Part shown: one piece after another, positions 28,214 to 37,894 of the stretch
Numbering within the stretch: the first letter of the stretch is position 1
Layout: every line of letters begins with the position of its first letter
Origin: Thermoanaerobaculia bacterium
GTDB lineage: Bacteria > Acidobacteriota > Thermoanaerobaculia > Gp7-AA8
DNA: 64,000 bases
Direction of reading: 5' to 3'
Assembly: GCA_963719365.1 (NCBI GenBank)
Contig: OY970380.1
Coordinates: 1,038,903-1,102,902, forward strand
Made by a program: the position numbers and the translations under genes
Notes under the pieces: model-generated
What the model saw: only the letters and a program-made list of their open reading frames with translations
Database searches by the model: none
Told to the model about the DNA's origin: nothing

Positions 28214-29549
28214 TCGCCGAACGATGCCGCGAGAGATCGTTCACGTGAATCGTGACCGGCTGCGTTGCCGTCAGAGTGCCGCTCGTCAGCGTGACCTGGA
28301 ATTGATAGGCACCGGGCGTCGTGCGAGACGTCGTGTTGGCGGTGACTCGAATGGACCCGCCGGCGGCGACGGACGCCGCATCCGCGGTAATCGTTCCGTC
28401 AAAACCGCTCGGAGGCTGCACCGCGACCGCCGCCGTTCCACTAAATCCATTGACGGCGACGAGCTGATAGTTGGCGGCGATCGATGCTCCGCGGCTGACC
28501 GTGAGAGATGCCGGACCGGAAATAGCGATGCTGGCCGCAGGCGCGGGTGGTGCCGCGGCGCCGGACGAGCTCGAACCGCGGATCACGTTCCAGAGCGCGG
28601 GATCTTCGACGCCGGCGCTCCAGGCGGCGAAGCCGGCAATGGACGCGTGCCGCTCTTTCAGCAATTGCACTTTCTTCGCGTAGCTCGCCGCATCCTGGAA
28701 AAACACGGTGTGACCGCTGTAAGAGAACGTTGCTTCGCCGTTGGCGTCATGCGAGATCGTCGCGCCGTTGCTCTGCGCCAATTGCATGGCCGCGGCGTAG
28801 GTCAGGTCTGTGGCGGTGCCTGCGCTCCAATCGTATCCGTACCAGGGCAGCGCGATCATGATGCGATCGTTGGGAATGACGTTTTGCGCGTATGTGGCCA
28901 CGCGGTCGATCCAATCGAGCGGCGCGATAGGACCCGGCGCGCTGCCCGAATAGCTGTAGTCGTACGCCATGATTTTCACGGAGTCGGCAATGCGGCCGAT
29001 TGCCGGCCAATCTTCGCCACCCGGACCATTCCAGTTGTCTTTCTCTCCGGTCTTTGCGTAGACGGTGACGGAGAGCTTCTTGTTCGCCGCGTGGAGTTTT
29101 TGTCCGAGGGTCGTCAGAAAAGCCGTGAAGTTGTCGCGAGACGCCGTCGGGACACGTTCGTAGTCGATATCGATCCCGTCGAACGCCTGCGCGATCGCGA
29201 GCTGCGAGATCGCTGCGGCCGACGATTCGCGCGACGCTGGCGACGCGAGCATAGCGGCTGCTGCATTGCCGTCGAAACTGCCATTGACGATGTTCTGTAC
29301 GGTCGGGATCAGCAGCGTCCCGGTCATCGACGATCGCCATGACGCGTTTTCTGCGTTCCAGTTCTTCAGCGGCGTTCCATCGGCGTTCCAGCTATACCAG
29401 ACGGGATTCGTTTCGCTGAGCGCGCCGAGGTTGGATTGGAGAGACTTGAGGGCATCGGCATTCCAGGGCGGAATCCAGGCCGACTCCTGGTAGGCGAACG
29501 CTGAAGCGGCAAATGAGAACAGCAACGCAGCGATCGCGGCAATACGCAT
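28209..29549 (-). CDS. Secreted glycoside hydrolase family 18 (chitinase-like) with C-terminal Ig-like/beta-sandwich region
   Basis: Signal peptide; GH18 catalytic motif DGIDIDYE; C-terminal Ala/Ser/Thr-rich beta domain. Stop codon lies inside the right arm of the MITE-like element. Confidence 0.8.
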   Translation of the reverse strand: MRIAAIAALLFSFAASAFAYQESAWIPPWNADALKSLQSNLGALSETNPVWYSWNADGTPLKNWNAENASWRSSMTGTLLIPTVQNIVNGSFDGNAAAAMLASPASRESSAAAISQLAIAQAFDGIDIDYERVPTASRDNFTAFLTTLGQKLHAANKKLSVTVYAKTGEKDNWNGPGGEDWPAIGRIADSVKIMAYDYSYSGSAPGPIAPLDWIDRVATYAQNVIPNDRIMIALPWYGYDWSAGTATDLTYAAAMQLAQSNGATISHDANGEATFSYSGHTVFFQDAASYAKKVQLLKERHASIAGFAAWSAGVEDPALWNVIRGSSSSGAAAPPAPAASIAISGPASLTVSRGASIAANYQLVAVNGFSGTAAVAVQPPSGFDGTITADAASVAAGGSIRVTANTTSRTTPGAYQFQVTLTSGTLTATQPVTIHVNDLSRHRSAK

Positions 29550-29758
29550 CAGGCTCCTTCGCCCTGCGATCCGCTATGCCGTTCTCCAATGCGGAGATAA
29601 ACGTCCCAAAATCACGTTCGGCAGTCCAGCCGTCTGATGTCAGACCTGAGACTTTGCGTCCTCCCGTCGCCGGAAGTATGCCTTTGTCGCGCGATCGCGG
29701 CTTTTTAACGACTCACAATAATAGATCCCGCGCGCTGGTCATTCCAGCTCGGCCATAA

Positions 29759-29789
29759 ACAAAAAGAGCGGCCTCAGCCGCTCTTCTGA
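29759..29789 (-). terminator. Rho-independent terminator downstream of the KaiC-like gene
   Basis: Minus-strand reading agagcggc-tgag-gccgctct followed by TTTTTGTTT. A second hairpin agctcgctcg-tttca-agcgagct lies at 29797-29820. Confidence 0.5.
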
Positions 29790-29828
29790 TGCACCAGCTC
29801 GCTCGTTTCAAGCGAGCTCTTGGCTCGA

Positions 29829-31517
29829 TCAGGCGTTGTGCAATTCGAATCCGCGCTCCGTGTCGCGCAGGCGTGTGCCGAGCTTTTCGTTCAGCCGGCT
29901 CTCGAAGCCTTTCACGCCATTCTGGTCGGCGCCGGTGAGGATGGCCACGAACTCGCCGTCGCGATTGTGGCAGACGATGTCTTCCTGACGGCACAACCTG
30001 GCCAGGTCGCGATTGAGATCGGCATCTTTTTCGTCGGCTTTGATCCAATAGAGCGCGAAGGGCTGATCGAGCTTGCGGACCGTATCGACATTCCGCTGCA
30101 GACGCTCGTTGAATTCCGGCTCAAAGTTGACCTTGCCGCTCTTTGCTTGAAGCATCGGACCGCGCTTCTGATCGGTCTGATTGTCCGCCGCATTCATCAA
30201 AGACGACATCTCATCGGGCGTAATCGAGTGCAGCTTCGAGCCGCGCAAGTTGAGGCGCCGGCCGCTGCGGCGGATAAGCGCATCGACGCGGGCACGCAAT
30301 TCCGATGGCGAAAATGGCTCCGTGATGAAATCGTCCGCTCCGGCGCGCAGATAAAGAACGCGTTCCGACTGACGATGCGCGTTGGGGGATAAGAATGCGA
30401 TCGACGACGTCGAGCTGTGCGCAAGATCGAGAATGGCAGCGATGGCGGTCACGGAGCGGGATGGCGTCACCAGCACGAGGCCGGGCCGTTCGCGCTTGAC
30501 GCGCTCGACGCCGGTCTTGAGGTCCGGTTCCGACTGCACCTCATATTCGTCGCCGAGCGATTCCTTCACACGGCGCAGCGTCTCCTGGCTGGCACCGAGA
30601 ACCAGGACTTTGCGCGATGTCTCGCGCGACGTTTCCCACGGCTTGGTTACATCGACCGTGCGCTCGTCTTCGCCGCGGTAATTGATCAGGCCGCGCCCGT
30701 TGAGAATGCGATAGTGCGATGTCAGATCATCGTTGCTGGCATAGCGCAAATTGGAGGCACGCATGAGCCGGCCGCCCGTTGCCGCATCGTGGGTTAGCGA
30801 AACGACGCCGGCCGCATTGTGTTCGAGCTGCCTTGTGACCGCGTTCAACTCCGGATCATCCTCTTCGCCGACGAGCAGCGTCGTCACCGGCAGATCTTCC
30901 AGCGCATTGATGAGCGATTGCGTGATCGACGTCGCGAAGTGACTGGAAAACGATGTGTTGATCAGCGTATAGACCGGATCGATGACGAGGCGGCGCGCTC
31001 CCATCTTCCGGATCAGATCGCCGAGCTCGCCGACAATGGCCATGACGTCTGCCGGACTCTCGACCAGTTCGAAGTAGCGATTGCTGGGGTTGAGAATGGC
31101 GAGCTGGCCGCGTTTGACTGCTTCGTCGATTCGGAATCCGATTCCGCGCGCTTGCGCCAGAACATTCTCCGGTTTCTGATCCGTAATCAGTATCCCCGGC
31201 TCCTGATGCTCCAGTCCGCGGGTAAGGAACTGCAATCCAAACAGCGTCTTGCCAACGCCGCCTGCTCCTTTGACGAGATACACCTTCTGTGGCATCAGTC
31301 CGCCGGCACCGTAGTCCAGAAGGTCGATGCCGCTGATGCAACGCTCACAGTCAGCCGGCGTGGCCTGCGAAGACGCCGCGGAATCAGGAGTGGGCTCGAC
31401 AATGGGATCGCCGAGCGGGAGCTCTTTGTCGGTCTTGAGAATGGTTGGATTGGTGGGGTTGGGTGGTTCGTAGCCTGGGGTTGATTTGCTCGATCGCACG
31501 TCCGTGGAACCGTTCAT
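29829..31517 (-). CDS. KaiC/RecA-like ATPase - pseudo-receiver - degenerate GGDEF-like three-domain signalling protein
   Basis: KaiC-type ATPase domain (GIDLLDYGAGGLMPQKVYLVKGAGGVGKTLFGLQFL). Receiver-like fold lacking the acidic pocket (VLVLGASQ...LVLVTP...AGADDFITEPF). C-terminal GGDEF-like half with HNRDGEFVAIL in place of RxGGDEF. Confidence 0.7.
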   Translation of the reverse strand: MNGSTDVRSSKSTPGYEPPNPTNPTILKTDKELPLGDPIVEPTPDSAASSQATPADCERCISGIDLLDYGAGGLMPQKVYLVKGAGGVGKTLFGLQFLTRGLEHQEPGILITDQKPENVLAQARGIGFRIDEAVKRGQLAILNPSNRYFELVESPADVMAIVGELGDLIRKMGARRLVIDPVYTLINTSFSSHFATSITQSLINALEDLPVTTLLVGEEDDPELNAVTRQLEHNAAGVVSLTHDAATGGRLMRASNLRYASNDDLTSHYRILNGRGLINYRGEDERTVDVTKPWETSRETSRKVLVLGASQETLRRVKESLGDEYEVQSEPDLKTGVERVKRERPGLVLVTPSRSVTAIAAILDLAHSSTSSIAFLSPNAHRQSERVLYLRAGADDFITEPFSPSELRARVDALIRRSGRRLNLRGSKLHSITPDEMSSLMNAADNQTDQKRGPMLQAKSGKVNFEPEFNERLQRNVDTVRKLDQPFALYWIKADEKDADLNRDLARLCRQEDIVCHNRDGEFVAILTGADQNGVKGFESRLNEKLGTRLRDTERGFELHNA

Positions 31518-31605
31518 AAGAAGCCTCTTCTCTCTCCGATGAGTGGGTGGTACGTCTCAGGGGTTCTTACGGCAGAGCAGCGAGAAAGCAATGACTGCGC
31601 CACCG

Positions 31606-32742
31606 TCAATCCGCCGCCGGCCCCAGCTCGCGAATACGTTGAAGGAGCGGAGGAGGCGTTGCTGCAAACTGAATCTGATCACTCGTGGATACCTGTTGTT
31701 CGCTGGAGAAAATCGACGATTCCAGGTGCTGAAGATCCTGGAAGCTGCCGTTGCGCGTGCGGACCGCTTCGCCCGGCTCGCTCAAACGCGTCACCTCGAA
31801 TGGTTCCGTCAGCGGTTTGAGCGACACATGCCGGATCTCTCCCGGCTTGATGTCATGAAACGTCCGATAGAGCGAGAGCATTTGCGACGGCGTCAAGTTT
31901 GTTCCGGCCGCGCTCGATAACGACGTAAGAGCCTGCACGACGCCGAGCGCCTGCTGCGGCTGCATCCGCTGCAATTTCTCCCGAAGCGCGCTGATGACCT
32001 GCTGCTGCCGCAGCTCCCTCGCGTAATTGTCGCCCTCCGGCCCGATCACATAACGATAACGAGCGTATGCCAGTGCCCGCTTACCGTTCAGATGGTGCCA
32101 GCCCTGCGCAAACCCGTCGTGAAAGAGATAGTCGTAAAAGCCATGCTGGCAGTAGACATCAATACCGCCGAGGCTGTCGATCAGCTTCTCGAAGGCAACG
32201 AAGTCGATGCGAACGTATGCATGGACCGGTTGATTAAAGACTCCCGAGACGGTGTCACACAACAGTCCGGGACCGGCACCGGGATACCCGCCCTGCTCGC
32301 CAATTTCGTGTGAGTAATTGATGCGATGCGATCCGTAGCCGTTGATGTGAACCCACAAATCCCTTGGAATGGAAACAATTGCCGCCTGCCTGGTCGAGGG
32401 TTTCAGGCTGACGAGCATGATGGAGTCGGCAAGATTGTCGTGCTTGGGATGATTCGCTCCTCCAACACCGAACAACACGATGTTCACTCGATCCTGCGCC
32501 CATCCCTCGGCCACTCGATTCGGCACGACTCTCTGCGATGGCGAGAAACTCGTGTAGACCGCAATCAGCGCGAGACTAATCAGCAGTCCGGCCACGACAA
32601 ACATCGTCATCTCGACGACAGTCTGGGCCTTCGTAGGTTTCGGCGGCCCTCCATTCGCGCGGACGAAGCGGCCGCTACCATCGGGGTTTTGCCAGCGCGT
32701 ATGGCGCAAGCGCAGGGAATCGAGATCGTTGTCGGGTGCCAT
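31606..32742 (-). CDS. LytR-CpsA-Psr (LCP) family protein
   Basis: N-terminal TM anchor, then LCP core DRVNIVLFGVGG...DSIMLVSLKP...AIVSIPRDLWV...SLGGIDV. Confidence 0.8.
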   Translation of the reverse strand: MAPDNDLDSLRLRHTRWQNPDGSGRFVRANGGPPKPTKAQTVVEMTMFVVAGLLISLALIAVYTSFSPSQRVVPNRVAEGWAQDRVNIVLFGVGGANHPKHDNLADSIMLVSLKPSTRQAAIVSIPRDLWVHINGYGSHRINYSHEIGEQGGYPGAGPGLLCDTVSGVFNQPVHAYVRIDFVAFEKLIDSLGGIDVYCQHGFYDYLFHDGFAQGWHHLNGKRALAYARYRYVIGPEGDNYARELRQQQVISALREKLQRMQPQQALGVVQALTSLSSAAGTNLTPSQMLSLYRTFHDIKPGEIRHVSLKPLTEPFEVTRLSEPGEAVRTRNGSFQDLQHLESSIFSSEQQVSTSDQIQFAATPPPLLQRIRELGPAAD

Positions 32743-32817
32743 TGCTGAAGTGTGGCGACGCGGGAATTTGCATTCGCGGTGCCATCGTCGTTGGCAGACC
32801 GCTTGAACGTGCGCCGC

Positions 32818-33644
32818 GCATGAAAGCCCACGTCCTATCCCTGCTTCTTATCCTGTGTGCAACCACGACGCTCGCCGGCGACTGGACCCCCATCGTCCCC
32901 GGCCTCGACTATCAGGAGTTCGCTGAAGGCAATATCGATGTCTATGTTGCGCGAGTCGACCTCAGCAATGAGAACCTAATGGTCATTTCGACGCCTCAGT
33001 CCGAGAAAGGAATGAAGGTCAGCGACTTCGCGAAGAAAAACAATGCTCTTGTCGCGGTCAACGGCGACTACTTCGACGATCACTTCAATCCAATCGGGCT
33101 GGTGATCGGTCCCTGCGGCCAATGGGAAGGAACGAAAGACACCAGCCGCGAAGGTGTCGTCGCCATCGGCGGGCACCGGGCGGAGATCAGGACGCAATCC
33201 GAAGTGATGGATCCGCCCGAGGATTGGATTGAAACGGCTCTGTCCGGCTGGCCCCTTCTTGTGAAGAATTGCACGCCACTCTCGGCGAGCCTTCCGGGCA
33301 GCGCGGGGTTCACTCGCTCGCCGCATCCGCGCACCGCCGCTGGCGTCTCGAAGGATGGCAAGACTCTCTATCTGCTCGTGGCGGACGGACGGCGCGCCAA
33401 TGCGCCGGGCATGACGCTGGCGGAGCTTGCCGCGTTCATGAATCACCGTCTGGACGCATGCTGGGCGATCAACCTGGACGGCGGCGGATCGAGCACGATG
33501 TGGCTTGAAGATCACGTCGTCAATCATCCCAGTGATGGCTTCGAGCGGCCGGTTGGTGACCATCTCGCCGTTGTGCTCAGGAGCGATTACGCCGGCTGCG
33601 ATGTTCCTGCTTCGCCGGCGACTGCACCGGCATCGCAACACTGA
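32818..33644 (+). CDS. Phosphodiester glycosidase family protein (DUF2233/NAGPA-like)
   Basis: Signal peptide, LVAVNGDYFD and AINLDGGGSSTM motifs typical of the family. Start at MKAHVLSL. Confidence 0.7.
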
Positions 33645-33746
33645 ATTGGAATATCCGTTGCAATGCGGCCAACGCGGAGAGAGGCCGTACCAATTCTTCA
33701 GCATCACATCCATTGACAATTTATCTAGTTCAGGGAAGGACGCCCA

Positions 33747-36323
33747 ATGAGGCTCGCCGGAAGCTTCCTCGCCGTCGCAATCACAATCGTGTCTGCAACG
33801 GCATTACACGCCCAGCAACAAAACACCTCCTACGTTAGAATCACGACACTCGAATCAGCAGTGGCAAGAGGTCAGGCCACGCGCGGAGAGCAGCTCGAGC
33901 TTGCCGGCCTCTACAATCAGGCAGGCCGCTATTACGAGGCGTCGAAGCTGACCGATGCTCTCCTCGCGTCGAATCCGAATGACGCCGAGGCAAAGGCCGC
34001 AGGCGAGATCGCGGCGAACGGGAGACGCGATACCGCTACGCGCAACGTCGCGGCTGCCGAAGCGAAGGCAAATGCCGGAAGCGCGACGGATCAGGATCGC
34101 CTTGCGCTCGCGGATGCGTACTTTGACGCCGGAAGTTACGGCGCCGCGGCTTCGATTTACGAGCGCCTGCCCCAAGCGATGCGCAACCGCGACGTGCGCT
34201 TGCGCGAGGCGCGCGCACTGGCCTGGTCGAGCCAGACCGATCGCGCCGAGCGCGCATATGCCGCACTTCTCAGTGAGCAATCCACGCCTGATCTTCAGCT
34301 CGAATACGGCCGCGTGCTGACCTGGATGGGAAACTCGCACGCCGCCATCACCGCGCTCAATGATGTCTATACCAGCGCGCCGAGTCAGGATGCTGCCATC
34401 GCTCTCGCCAATGCGCGGGCGTGGAGCGGTGACCGGGAGGGCGCGATTGCGCTTCTCAATGAGTATTACGCCGCGCATCCCGACGCGCTGCAGGCGCGCG
34501 ATCTTTCCGCGCAGCTCACCTCCTCACCCGATCTGCGCCTTGAGAAAGTGGGCAAGATGATCGCCGCACAGCCGTACAACCTCGCCCTTCACGTCGAGCG
34601 CGCCAGGATGTTGTATGACGCGGGCAGATATGCCGAGGCGCGTAATGAGGTGACGTTCGTGAGGGAGCACTCCCGCGCGAAAATCGCCGGGCTCGATGCC
34701 CTCGACAGTCAGATCGAGCAACGACGCCACGAAGAGTTGGCGAAACTCGATCAGCGGCGCGCCGCGCTCGACTCCCAGGCAGCGACGGCGATGGCCTCAT
34801 CGTCCGTCAACAATGCCGACGAGATCCTCTCGCTGGCGAAGGCCTACACGGGGCTCGGCGCCTACGATCAATCCATCAGCCTCTATGACCGCTATCTGCA
34901 ACTGAAATCGGACGACACGGACGCTCGCATCCAATACGCCCGCGTTCTTTCGTGGGACAAGCGCTGGAACGCGTCGGAGCGTCAATACGAAATTCTGGTA
35001 AAGCAGCAGCCCGACCGCGCCGATCTCCGTTATGAATACGGCCAGGTGCTCTCCTACGAGCCCGATTATCCCAATGCGGTCACAGTCTTTTCGCAGTTGT
35101 CGGATCTTCACGGCAATCCACGAGCGAACCTCTACACTGACGTTCCGGAACACGCACACTACAGCCTCGGCCAGATCTACCGCTGGTTCGGCTGGAACGA
35201 GCATGCCGTCGCGGAGCAGAATGCCGCAATCGCTCTCGATTCCTCGTATGCAGCCGCGCACGAGGAGCTCGATCTGGCCCGCCACTCCCGTCCCGCCTCG
35301 GCGGTGGACGCGCGCGTGACCTATGCGACCGACTCGAGCGACTTCACGATGAAGCGCCTGGATCTCGAAGGCAATCGGTGGGTCTCGCGCCGGTTGGACG
35401 CTGATGTCTCGATAGGCCGTCACGAATTCGAGCACGCAGGCGACAGCGTCAGCGCGAACACAATCAGCGCCGGTGCTTCGTATCGCTACACAGACCGCAC
35501 CACAGCTCGCGGGCGCGTCGGACTCGATTTCTACGACCGCGGACTCGGCACCCGTCCCTATTTTGCCCTCGGCGCCGAATTCATGCCCAGCTTCCAGAGC
35601 CGTGCATCCGTCGACTTCAATCACTACGACCTCGTGTACGACGTCTTCACACTCACATCCCTTGGCACACCGGGTCCGTCATCGCAAATCAATCTGCACG
35701 ATCCCCTTTCGATCAATGACCTTCGCGGTCATTACGACTGGAACGGCGGCGGATTCTTCTCCTGGCTGGCGGACGGCTCGTATGGCTTCGTTTCAGACAG
35801 TAACAAACGCGCAGGCGCTCACGGTCTGGCAACGTTCCGCGTTCTGAAGTCGCCATTCCTTGCCTTCAAAGTGGATGGCCGGTATCTCGCCTACGACTTC
35901 CGCACGAGTCGTTACTGGTCTCCCGGCGATTACCGATCGATCGCTGGCGTTGTGCAGATTGGCCAGACCGTGCGGCAGAAGTTCCGCTGGGATTTCGAAG
36001 TGAAGGCCGGGAAAGGGTACGAGTCGGGCTTCAGCTCCGACCTTCGCGCTTACGAAGGAAATATCACCGTACCTTTGACCGACTCGTTCGATCTGATCGG
36101 CAATTACGGCTACGGCAAGAGCGGCCGGCTCGATTCTGTCTTCGCGGGCAACACGAGCTCGAACGATTTCGTGAATTACTGGCAACGGCACTGGTTCGTT
36201 GGCGTGCGTGCGAAGCAGCTTTTCGCCCGCGCCAGCGAGCGCAATCCTCGCAACCAGTATTACTACGACGCGCGGCCATTGAGTGAGTCGCCGGTCGTTC
36301 CGCCGCTGGGAGGAACAAACTAA
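33747..36323 (+). CDS. TPR-repeat + C-terminal beta-barrel outer-membrane protein (PgaA/BcsC-like polysaccharide export porin)
   Basis: Signal peptide, about 550 aa of TPR-like repeats, then a Gly/Tyr/Asp-rich beta-strand C-terminal domain of about 300 aa. Immediately upstream of a GT2 synthase (TAATG overlap). Confidence 0.6.
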   Translation: MRLAGSFLAVAITIVSATALHAQQQNTSYVRITTLESAVARGQATRGEQLELAGLYNQAGRYYEASKLTDALLASNPNDAEAKAAGEIAANGRRDTATRNVAAAEAKANAGSATDQDRLALADAYFDAGSYGAAASIYERLPQAMRNRDVRLREARALAWSSQTDRAERAYAALLSEQSTPDLQLEYGRVLTWMGNSHAAITALNDVYTSAPSQDAAIALANARAWSGDREGAIALLNEYYAAHPDALQARDLSAQLTSSPDLRLEKVGKMIAAQPYNLALHVERARMLYDAGRYAEARNEVTFVREHSRAKIAGLDALDSQIEQRRHEELAKLDQRRAALDSQAATAMASSSVNNADEILSLAKAYTGLGAYDQSISLYDRYLQLKSDDTDARIQYARVLSWDKRWNASERQYEILVKQQPDRADLRYEYGQVLSYEPDYPNAVTVFSQLSDLHGNPRANLYTDVPEHAHYSLGQIYRWFGWNEHAVAEQNAAIALDSSYAAAHEELDLARHSRPASAVDARVTYATDSSDFTMKRLDLEGNRWVSRRLDADVSIGRHEFEHAGDSVSANTISAGASYRYTDRTTARGRVGLDFYDRGLGTRPYFALGAEFMPSFQSRASVDFNHYDLVYDVFTLTSLGTPGPSSQINLHDPLSINDLRGHYDWNGGGFFSWLADGSYGFVSDSNKRAGAHGLATFRVLKSPFLAFKVDGRYLAYDFRTSRYWSPGDYRSIAGVVQIGQTVRQKFRWDFEVKAGKGYESGFSSDLRAYEGNITVPLTDSFDLIGNYGYGKSGRLDSVFAGNTSSNDFVNYWQRHWFVGVRAKQLFARASERNPRNQYYYDARPLSESPVVPPLGGTN

Positions 36324-37642
36324 TGGCAACCGTCAAGAAGCCACTTCGCCCAGCAACACAGTTAATCATTTCTGTTGCGATCATCGCCATCGTGGTGCTC
36401 GCCACGCTTTTCCTGTTCCGCTATCCGCAGCAGTTGGGGCCGATCTTCATTACGGCCCTCGTCGTGACGCTCGCCTCGTTCCTGCTGCTTCTCGTGCTGC
36501 GGCATTTCGTGTTGATCTGGTTCAGCTATCTGCATCAGCGTGAGCTCGCGAGCCAGGCGCCGGTGGAGTCCTATCCGTTCGTGTCGATCGTCGTTCCGGC
36601 GTACAACGAATCCGAGGTCATCCATGCGTCTCTTTCGTCGCTGCTGGAGCTCCGCTATCCGTATTACGAGATCATCGCGGTCGATGACGGATCGACTGAT
36701 TCCACGTTCGACAAGATGAAGGAGTTCGAAGGGAATCACTATGGCGTGAAGGTTTCCGTCTATCGCAAAGAAAACAGCGGCAAGGCGGATACGCTCAATT
36801 ACGGGATTCGGCGCTCCCGGGCGCCGATCGTCGTCTGCATGGACAGCGACTCGCGGCTCACTCCCGACGCGTTGCGCTATGCGATCCGGCCATTTTCAGA
36901 CCCGAATGTCGGCGCGGTTGCCGGAAACGTCAAGGTTATCAACCGGCACAATATCTGGACGAAGCTGCAGGCACTCGAGTACATCGAAGGCCTCAACATT
37001 GTGCGCAAGGCACAGGCGTTCTTCCGCACGGTCAACGTGATTCCCGGTCCGATCGGTATTTTCCGGCGCTCGGCGTTTGATGCGACGGGAGGCTACGACA
37101 GCGACACGTTTGCCGAGGACTTCGACATGACGGTGAAGATCCTGGCGGACGGCTGGAAGATCTATTACGAGCCGAAAGCGATTGCATACACCGAGGCGCC
37201 GGAGGAGTTGCTCGACATCATCAAACAACGCTATCGCTGGAGCCGCGGCATTCTCCAGGCGCTGCGGAAACAGAAACGGCTGCTGGTATCGGGCGGAAGG
37301 AGCATTACCACTCCCCTTTCGCTCTGGTACATGGTGTTTGAGGGTCTTGTGTGGCCGGCCATGAATATCTTCGCCAGTGTGTTCTTCGTGTGGATCGCGC
37401 TCATCTACGGCATGACGAAGTTGCTCGTGTTGTGGTGGATGCTGCTGACTGCTCTCGATCTGCTCATCGCCATTCACGCCATCGTGATGGAGGGCGAGCA
37501 GATGAGTCTTGCGCCGTATGCGATTTTCTACCGTTTCTTCTACATCACCATCATCGACGTCACAAAGGTTTTCGCCACGCTCGAGGAGCTCGTCGGGCTC
37601 GACATGTCGTGGGGAAAGCTGGCGCGGAAAGGACGCATTTAA
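36323..37642 (+). CDS. Family-2 glycosyltransferase, processive synthase type (PgaC/IcaA/cellulose-synthase-like)
   Basis: N-terminal TMs, VSIVVPAYNES...IIAVDDGS (DxD region), CMDSDS, QRYRWSRG (QxxRW), C-terminal TMs. Confidence 0.85.
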   Translation: MATVKKPLRPATQLIISVAIIAIVVLATLFLFRYPQQLGPIFITALVVTLASFLLLLVLRHFVLIWFSYLHQRELASQAPVESYPFVSIVVPAYNESEVIHASLSSLLELRYPYYEIIAVDDGSTDSTFDKMKEFEGNHYGVKVSVYRKENSGKADTLNYGIRRSRAPIVVCMDSDSRLTPDALRYAIRPFSDPNVGAVAGNVKVINRHNIWTKLQALEYIEGLNIVRKAQAFFRTVNVIPGPIGIFRRSAFDATGGYDSDTFAEDFDMTVKILADGWKIYYEPKAIAYTEAPEELLDIIKQRYRWSRGILQALRKQKRLLVSGGRSITTPLSLWYMVFEGLVWPAMNIFASVFFVWIALIYGMTKLLVLWWMLLTALDLLIAIHAIVMEGEQMSLAPYAIFYRFFYITIIDVTKVFATLEELVGLDMSWGKLARKGRI

Positions 37643-37645
37643 ATC

Positions 37646-37831
37646 ATGAGATTCGATTGGGTCAATATTCTGGCAACGGTCATCTTCGTTTCGATCGTCA
37701 TCACACTGATTCTCGCCGTCGCTTCGTATTTCGCATACAAAGTGCGCGAGGCGCGTCGTCCCAAGACTGCCGCCGAGCTGCGGCAGGATGGCGAGACAAA
37801 AGTGTTCTTTACCCAGTACGTGCCGAAATAA
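37646..37831 (+). CDS. 61-aa single-TM protein following the GT2 synthase (possible PgaD/IcaD-like accessory subunit)
   Basis: MRFDWVNILATVIFVSIVITLILAVASYFAYKVREARRPK.. has one TM plus a basic cytoplasmic tail; 4 nt after the GT2 stop. Confidence 0.45.
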   Translation: MRFDWVNILATVIFVSIVITLILAVASYFAYKVREARRPKTAAELRQDGETKVFFTQYVPK

Positions 37832-37894
37832 CGGACTGTGGCCTGTGCTGGCCGGAGCTCCCGGTCAGCACAGGGACTTGTTCGCAGCACCTGA

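Noticed and set aside
28089-29342. 417-aa + strand ORF
   Set aside because: Antisense to the GH18 gene, which has the DxxDxDxE catalytic motif.
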